Part shown: one piece after another, positions 17,988-24,000 of the stretch | Position numbering within the stretch: position 1 is the first letter of the stretch | How the letters are laid out: the number at the start of each line of letters is the position of its first letter | DNA from: Colwellia sp. MB02u-6 | GTDB taxonomy: Bacteria; Pseudomonadota; Gammaproteobacteria; Enterobacterales; Alteromonadaceae | Length of the DNA: 24,000 nucleotides | NCBI RefSeq assembly: GCF_014077095.1 | Contig: NZ_JACGVG010000029.1 | Coordinates: 103,625-127,624 of the forward strand | Direction of reading: 5' to 3' | Program-made: the position numbers and the translations under genes | Notes under the pieces: model-generated | Told to the model about the DNA's origin: nothing | Database searches by the model: none | The model's input: only the letters and a program-made list of their open reading frames with translations

Positions 17988-19802
17988 ATGCGCGTCACCG
18001 TATCTCAGTTTGCCACCGCTTTAAATGTTCAAGAAAACCTAGCAAGCTGTGTTCGCATGATAAATCAGGCGGCGGTTTGCCAGCCATCGTTAATCGTTTT
18101 GCCTGAATTTTGTAATACTCAGTCTTCGTACGTCGACCATAACCAAGCTTGGCATCAAGCTTTAGCACTTGATGGTGGTTTTTTACAAGAGATAGCACAG
18201 CAAGCAAAAAAGCATCACTGTTATATTATGCTTAACGTAACACTACGCCAAGACCTAACACGCGATCACCAAAATCCGGCGATTAAATCAAATATTAGTA
18301 TTAGCTCTTGTTTATTTTCACCGCTCGGAGAGCTTATTCATCAAGCGGATAAACAGGCGCTGACAGCCCAAGAAAATGATTTTTTTATTAGCACCAGTAA
18401 AGTTTCTGACATTGTAACAACCCCTTTTGGACAACTTGGGCTTTTAGCTGGTAGTGATGGTATTATTTTTGAACCATCGCGTAGGCTTGCCTTAGGCGGG
18501 GGGCAATTATTATGCAACTCGCAGAGTTCATTTGCATTAGATCAAAGCCATTTACATGACTTTGCTCGAGCAGGTGAAAATAATATTTTTGTCGCAACAG
18601 CGAATAAAATTGGTTCGCTCAGGCAGCAAGAGCCTGCACAAGAACGTTTACAAGAGCAAACACCAGCAGAAAGTGACTGTTTTTCAAGTCAAAGTTCAAG
18701 GGCTGAAAAGCACCCGATGGGCGTTGGCCATAGCCAAATAGTTTCTCCCAATGGCAAGGTGTTAGCAAAGCTAGATCATAATGAAGAAGGGTTTGTTTTT
18801 GCTGATATCGACTTAGCTGGGGTAGGGTTGAGCAAAAAATTGCGTCCTGATGGGACTAAGCTTATAAAACAACGACGTCCTGAACTTTATCAACAGCAAA
18901 AACTAGCCCTGCAACAAGCAACTAAAACAACACTCAATTATACCGTACCAGAAACCGCCAATGTCGCGATATTTGCCACCTATAAGTCTAACGAGCAAGC
19001 TATTGAAGATGTTTGTCATTACATTGAAAACAACCTTAGTGACATTATTCAACTACCCGAATTATTTTTTATCGCAGATAAAGCAATCACTAATAACACT
19101 GAGCAACTCGCTCAAGTGGCCTGTTTGTGTACTGGGCTCATTAAAAAAATCAGTGCCGTGTTAAGACCTTTTCAATATGTGTGCACGAGTTTAGTTATTG
19201 ATGGAACGCATCATGCTGTGCTAATAAACGAACAGGGGGTATTTGCAAAACAACAACAATTACATTTTTGTCAAAGATATCAATGGACTGCGCTAGGGGG
19301 GGAGCTGGAGATTATAGAGCTGCCGTTAGAGCAAGGCGTGATCAAGGTTGCTATGCTAACGGGTGATGACGCCAATATACCAGAAATGGTTAAGCAGGCA
19401 GCTTTAAACAATATTCAGGTGTTACTCGTCCCGTTCGATATTCAAGAAGCAAATGAGGTTGAATTTAGCTTATTATCTTACGCCGCAGAATATAAAATTT
19501 GCATCGTTGCGGCCAGTCGCGAGAAAAGCTTTGCCGAATCTGCTCCTATCGATACTTCTGCTGATGCTTCTGGTAAGAACCGTGATGTAGCTAAGGGTAG
19601 TAGTTCAAACAACAAAAAAGTAAAACAAAAAAAATCTACAGGATTAATTGCTAATGTACCCGCAGTGTCAGCCTTATTAAATCCCTGGCAGTCAGATAAA
19701 TTTAATGGCTATATCAACAAACCTTTGGTTAAGTATCAGCATGGTAAAATCACCAAAGCCGTTATTCATCCATTACTTAGGTTAAAAAATAAAATTGACT
19801 AA
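17988..19802 (+). CDS. Tandem nitrilase/carbon-nitrogen hydrolase-fold protein, catalytic Cys apparently absent in both domains
   Basis: 604 aa. Domain 1 has VLPEF (E40), HQADKQAL (K122) and LLAGSDGIIFEPSRRLA. Domain 2 has QLPELF (E358), FAKQQQL (K421) and VAMLTGDDANIPEMVKQAA. Confidence 0.75.
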   Translation: MRVTVSQFATALNVQENLASCVRMINQAAVCQPSLIVLPEFCNTQSSYVDHNQAWHQALALDGGFLQEIAQQAKKHHCYIMLNVTLRQDLTRDHQNPAIKSNISISSCLFSPLGELIHQADKQALTAQENDFFISTSKVSDIVTTPFGQLGLLAGSDGIIFEPSRRLALGGGQLLCNSQSSFALDQSHLHDFARAGENNIFVATANKIGSLRQQEPAQERLQEQTPAESDCFSSQSSRAEKHPMGVGHSQIVSPNGKVLAKLDHNEEGFVFADIDLAGVGLSKKLRPDGTKLIKQRRPELYQQQKLALQQATKTTLNYTVPETANVAIFATYKSNEQAIEDVCHYIENNLSDIIQLPELFFIADKAITNNTEQLAQVACLCTGLIKKISAVLRPFQYVCTSLVIDGTHHAVLINEQGVFAKQQQLHFCQRYQWTALGGELEIIELPLEQGVIKVAMLTGDDANIPEMVKQAALNNIQVLLVPFDIQEANEVEFSLLSYAAEYKICIVAASREKSFAESAPIDTSADASGKNRDVAKGSSSNNKKVKQKKSTGLIANVPAVSALLNPWQSDKFNGYINKPLVKYQHGKITKAVIHPLLRLKNKID

Positions 19803-19936
19803 AACAGCAATTTATATTGTTAAAAAATAAAAATAAAAAATTAGTTTAGTTAGCGTATTATGAAGTCATTAATATGAGTAAAAACGAGTAATTATATTTG
19901 CTCGCTATCTCGTTAAAAAATATTGGAGAACGTAAA

Positions 19937-20134
19937 TTGAATGAATTAACTAAGCAGTCAATAGGGTGTCCTTATTGTGGTGAGACCATTAAAGTGCTCA
20001 TCGACTCATCTGATATGGAACAGCAATACATTGAAGATTGCCAAGTATGTTGTAAGCCCATAAATTTTTTGGTAACTAGCAGTATGGACGGTGATCTTAG
20101 CGTTCGTGTCTATAGCGAAGATGAAGCGTTTTAA
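19937..20134 (+). CDS. CPXCG motif-containing cysteine-rich protein
   Basis: GCPYCGETIKVLIDSSDMEQQYIEDCQVCCKPINFLV. TTG at 19937 preceded by GGAG gives a plausible start; the track's 19898 start is less so. Confidence 0.8.
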   Translation: MNELTKQSIGCPYCGETIKVLIDSSDMEQQYIEDCQVCCKPINFLVTSSMDGDLSVRVYSEDEAF

Positions 20135-20460
20135 TTAAGATAGAAAACCTAGAAAGGTGAGGCTAATCTCCACCGTTTTTTAGCTATTGATAAGCTTTTA
20201 TACCAATAGCTTATTAAATTTACATTATACATAGCAGTGCTTTTTTGGTTTAAGTTCTGGTTTAAATTTGGCTTTAGGTTATGGTCTGATTTTTGCTTCA
20301 GTTACGCTATTATCCTCATTGTAAAATCACTTTTTACATATTCTTCGCGTTTATAAAGTTTGTTAGCTAAGCTAACACGTCGGTATCGCATACTTACTTG
20401 TAGCTTTACCAAGGTATTAATAACTTGCTCGGAAATAGGGTAAAACCCTTTACGTTTATA

Positions 20461-21360
20461 CTATAGTTTCGCTGCTTTTTTTGCAGGCAAGTGCACAAAA
20501 TAGTATCTACCGAGTATCACCGTTAAAATACCACCAAGTACCAATATTGATGACTCAATTAAGCGCAGGGTGATTAATTCACGGGTAAATATAACTCCAC
20601 CCATAGCCGCAATTATTGGCACCAACAACTGAACAGCTGCGGCTTGAGTCACTGACAGTGTTGTCAGTGCGATATACCAGACAAAATATCCGATGCCAGA
20701 GGCAATAGCGCCAGACAATACCGCGAGCAAAAATCCTGTCGAAGTGATGTATGCGTTATTAAAGCCAAAAATTATCAGGGCCAAAACAAAAGGTGAGGTT
20801 TTAAGGAAGTTATGAGCGGTATCGCTAAGCGCATTTTTAGATTGTCGTCCTAACAAGGTATAGAAGGCCCAAGCCATACCTGACATGCTCATCAGCATGA
20901 AACCCATCAATGATGGCGTGGTCAAACTAGGAATAACTAAATAGGCAAAGCCGCCAAAGGCAATACTTAAGCCTAACCATTCTGACAAATGCAACTTATT
21001 ACCTGAAATTACGCTGGTAATAATCATGGTTATTTGTACTGCACCAAATAAAATAAGTGCTCCGCTGCCGGTATCTAATGAAATATAACCATAGGAAAAA
21101 CTTACCGCGTAAATAAATAACATACTGGCGGCTAACCAACTTCCCTTCGACTTACTCTCTATTATTTCTGGCTTTGCTTTACTTGTTACCTTGATTAACG
21201 CTAACAATATAATAATAGCCGAAACCAGTCTTACAACCGTAAAGCTTGTGGCATCAATGGTGTTTTCGCCCAAGGCTAACCGACATAGCACTGAATTAGC
21301 GGCAAAGGCTAAAAGAGCGAAAACGGTACTGACAATCATTTTTACAGGCTTTGTATTCAA
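20461..21360 (-). CDS. EamA/DMT superfamily transporter
   Basis: 299 aa, about ten hydrophobic segments with EamA-like FVVVRLVSAIIILL-type, LGRQSKNAL and AAAVQLLVPIIAAMGGVIFTREL; TTG start. Confidence 0.83.
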   Translation of the reverse strand: MNTKPVKMIVSTVFALLAFAANSVLCRLALGENTIDATSFTVVRLVSAIIILLALIKVTSKAKPEIIESKSKGSWLAASMLFIYAVSFSYGYISLDTGSGALILFGAVQITMIITSVISGNKLHLSEWLGLSIAFGGFAYLVIPSLTTPSLMGFMLMSMSGMAWAFYTLLGRQSKNALSDTAHNFLKTSPFVLALIIFGFNNAYITSTGFLLAVLSGAIASGIGYFVWYIALTTLSVTQAAAVQLLVPIIAAMGGVIFTRELITLRLIESSILVLGGILTVILGRYYFVHLPAKKAAKL

Positions 21361-21654
21361 GAAAATACCTTTTCAGCAAGTAATGCCATATTACCAGTAG
21401 ATAAAATATGGCTTGTTACACCAATGCGGATCAGTACTTTATCACTCTTGTAAGCTAAGATTAACCATAGCTACAATTAATTAACTTATATTAGTGATTT
21501 CTAATATAGTCTGTACTAATATAATGGCGAGGTAGCTGATGTCACCGCTAATAAAATTGACAGTATTAAATCTAGATAGTAGCTGTCTTGTTGATTTCGT
21601 TCTCACTTTTATTTGAACGTCTAAAACCTAAATACGCATTCAATAGAGATTAAA

Positions 21655-22524
21655 ATGACTGATTTAACCATAAAGTGTTTTTTTGATGAAACAACGAATA
21701 CGGCAACTTACCTAGTAGCAGATAGTGTTGAAAAGCAATGTGTAATTATTGATTCGGTATTAGGTTTTGATATGTCATCAGGCGCGACATCAACGGCGTT
21801 AGCGGATGAAATTATTGATTTTGTCACAGCAAAAAAATGGCAGTGCTTGTGGATTTTAGAAACACATGCCCATGCAGACCACCTAACAGCTGCGCCATAC
21901 CTGCAAAAAAAATTAGCTGGTAAAATCGCCATTGGTAAGCATATTGTGGATGTACAAAAAATATTCAAGCCTATTTTTAATTTTGAAGTTGAATTTTTCA
22001 CTGACGGACAACAGTTTGATCAACTTCTTCATGAGGGTAATCTACTTGAATTAGGCCGTTTCACCATTAGGGTATTACATACCCCTGGACACACACCAGC
22101 TTGTGTAAGTTACCTTATTGATAACAACGTTTTTGTTGGCGATACCTTATTTATGCCTGACTATGGCACCGCTCGGTGTGATTTCCCCGGTGGTGATGCT
22201 GAAACTTTATATCACTCCATTCAAAAAATATTTTCGCTGCCCGACAATACCTGTATTTTCATTGGACATGACTATAAAGCGGAAGGCAGAGACAACTATG
22301 TTTGGCAAACTAGTGTCGCTGAGCAAAAGTTGAAAAATATCCATATTAATAGCCATGTTTCAGCGCAAGAATATGTCGCTTTTAGAAATAAAAGAGATTT
22401 GACCTTGGCTATGCCAAAACTTATTTTACCTTCGGTGCAAATCAATATTCGAGCAGGGCATTTTCCAAAAGCGGCAGATAATGGCTTGCAGTATTTAACG
22501 CTACCTATAAATGCCTTTAAGTAA
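21655..22524 (+). CDS. MBL-fold metallo-hydrolase (persulfide dioxygenase/Blh-like subgroup)
   Basis: 289 aa with ETHAHADHLTAA, HTPGHTPACVSYL, VGDTLFMPDYGTARCDFPGG and FIGHDY. Confidence 0.88.
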   Translation: MTDLTIKCFFDETTNTATYLVADSVEKQCVIIDSVLGFDMSSGATSTALADEIIDFVTAKKWQCLWILETHAHADHLTAAPYLQKKLAGKIAIGKHIVDVQKIFKPIFNFEVEFFTDGQQFDQLLHEGNLLELGRFTIRVLHTPGHTPACVSYLIDNNVFVGDTLFMPDYGTARCDFPGGDAETLYHSIQKIFSLPDNTCIFIGHDYKAEGRDNYVWQTSVAEQKLKNIHINSHVSAQEYVAFRNKRDLTLAMPKLILPSVQINIRAGHFPKAADNGLQYLTLPINAFK

Positions 22525-22530
22525 TTAACC

Positions 22531-22861
22531 ATGATCGAACTTGTGCTTATTATTCTTGTTGCGATACTTATTGGTCTGAGCTTAGGTTTATTAGGCTCAG
22601 GTGGTTCGATATTGACTGTGCCTGCGTTGACTTATATTTTGGCTAAGATGAAAAACCGCTATTGTAACCTTACTGGTCATTGCAGGCCTAATTGCGTTTT
22701 CTGGGGCATTAAAATACCAACAAAATAAAATGCTCCATTGGCCTGTTTTGTTGCAGTGTGCTTTGACAAGTATGTTATTTAGCTACCCCAGACAACAGCT
22801 TTACTTGTTAATGCTAATGAAACCCTCCTTATGCAAGATATTCAGCAAGTGTGATCTTTAG
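22531..22861 (+). pseudogene. TauE/SafE (sulfite exporter) family remnant, frameshifted and truncated
   Basis: Frame 1: [36 protein letters not shown]. After about 22640 the similarity continues in another frame: [49 protein letters not shown], stop TAG 22859-22861. Confidence 0.8.
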
Positions 22862-22945
22862 TAAAAGCAATGCACCTTATGCTTGGGAGGTACTATTTTA
22901 CGCCAGTTTTAAATTCGCAAAGCGGTAAGAGAAGATATAAACCCC

Positions 22946-23161
22946 ATGGAATATTCTGAGGTAGTGCAAGTAGCTGATAAAACTGTGTTGCGTGATATGA
23001 AGGCAATACCTATGGGTGGCTTATGTCTAGCATGCCATGGCAGCAAGTTAGCTGATGACGTAAGTAATAAAGTTAACGAGTTATATCCAAACGATCAAGC
23101 CACAGGTTTCAAGTTGGGTGATATTCGTGGCGCATTTACCTTACCGAAAATAAAGCTTTAG
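22946..23161 (+). pseudogene. C-terminal remnant of a DUF3365 (Tll0287-like) c-type heme-binding protein
   Basis: EYSEVVQVADKTVLRDMKAIPMGGLCLACHGSKLADDVSNKVNELYPNDQATGFKLGDIRGAF contains CLACH; the N-terminal part is missing. Confidence 0.7.
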
Positions 23162-23256
23162 GAATTTTTACCCTAGTAGTTTGATAAACCAGTAAGATAA
23201 AACGTGGGATAATTTAATTTGCTGGTTTTTAAGTTAATAATTTTAAGAAACGATAG

Positions 23257-24000
23257 GGTATAATTATTTATCATCTTTTTCTTAGAGTTAATATTATCCA
23301 CCAAGCAGATAAAAAAGCAATAAATCAGCAACTTTCCTCTGACGCTGTATCTATCTCAGAAACAAATACCAAACTTAAAGTGGCTACTTTTAATTTGTTC
23401 AATTACCTTGAACCCCCTAATGCTTTTTATGATTTTGAGCGAATTTATAGTGCAGAGCAATGGCAAAAAAAGCAAAAGTGGGTGGCTGATTATTTGGCTG
23501 AACATCAGCCCGATATTATTGGCTTTCAGGAGGTTTTTAGTACAGAGTCGTTAAAAGCATTAGTTACTGGGCAGGGTTATGCTTATTTTGCCGTGGTTGA
23601 TCAACCGCGGGTCATTGATGATTTTATTTACCAACGTCCTGTTGTCGCCATAGCTTCACGTTATCCTATTGTTGAGGTAAATGCGGTAAAACCAAACACT
23701 GAACTTGCCGAAAGTTTAGGTTTAGCTAACGACTTTTCTTTTAGTCGTAAAGTCATCAGAGCAACGATTGAAGTACCTCATATGGGTCACTGTGATTGTT
23801 ATGTGGTGCACTTTAAATCTAAACGTTCAATGCTTGAAGTTGATGAGCAAGATAAAAAACGCTCAGCAGAAAAAACCATTATTGAGAGCCTAAAAGCACA
23901 AGTAGCGGGCGGTTGGGGCTCCACTATACAACGTGGTAGCGAAGCAACCTTATTAATGATTGATATGATTGAACGGCGAGAGGCAACTGATCACCCTATG
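23257..24000 (+). CDS. Endonuclease/exonuclease/phosphatase family protein, partial
   Basis: Frame open from 23257 (after TAG 23254-23256) to the window edge: KVATFNLFNYLEPPNAF..QKWVADYLAEHQPDIIGFQEVFSTESL..YVVHFKSKR. No ATG was found in the open frame before the conserved part, so the start is unresolved. Confidence 0.75.

Overview
The window is a gammaproteobacterial chromosome segment, probably from a marine Alteromonadales (Colwellia-like) organism. That taxonomic guess rests only on composition and gene content. Supported genes: an M14 zinc carboxypeptidase, a MATE transporter (-), tRNA-Ser(UGA), a decayed IS256-family element, a curli-type locus (csgB-like, long csgA-like, csgE, csgF, csgG), radD (-), a DUF3047 protein, a beta-carbonic anhydrase, a gamma-glutamylcyclotransferase-like protein, a two-domain nitrilase-fold protein, a CPXCG protein, an EamA/DMT transporter (-), an MBL-fold hydrolase, and a partial endonuclease/exonuclease/phosphatase protein. 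Several intervals hold pseudogenes (RND/MMPL exporter, TauE/SafE, DUF3365). The strongest unexplained signal is three 126-bp tandem repeats directly after tRNA-Ser. Each repeat carries a terminator-like hairpin, a competing long-range complement, and a copy of the tRNA 3' end. The architecture resembles the E. coli tyrT/rtT repeats, and degenerate relatives occur near 11.13 kb and 13.68 kb. Other notable points are a curlin-like protein of 414 aa, a tandem nitrilase-fold protein with Gly at the expected catalytic Cys in both domains, and an in-frame TAG just before the conserved C-terminus of the DUF3047 gene. I found no convincing defence system, CRISPR array or wholly new gene system.
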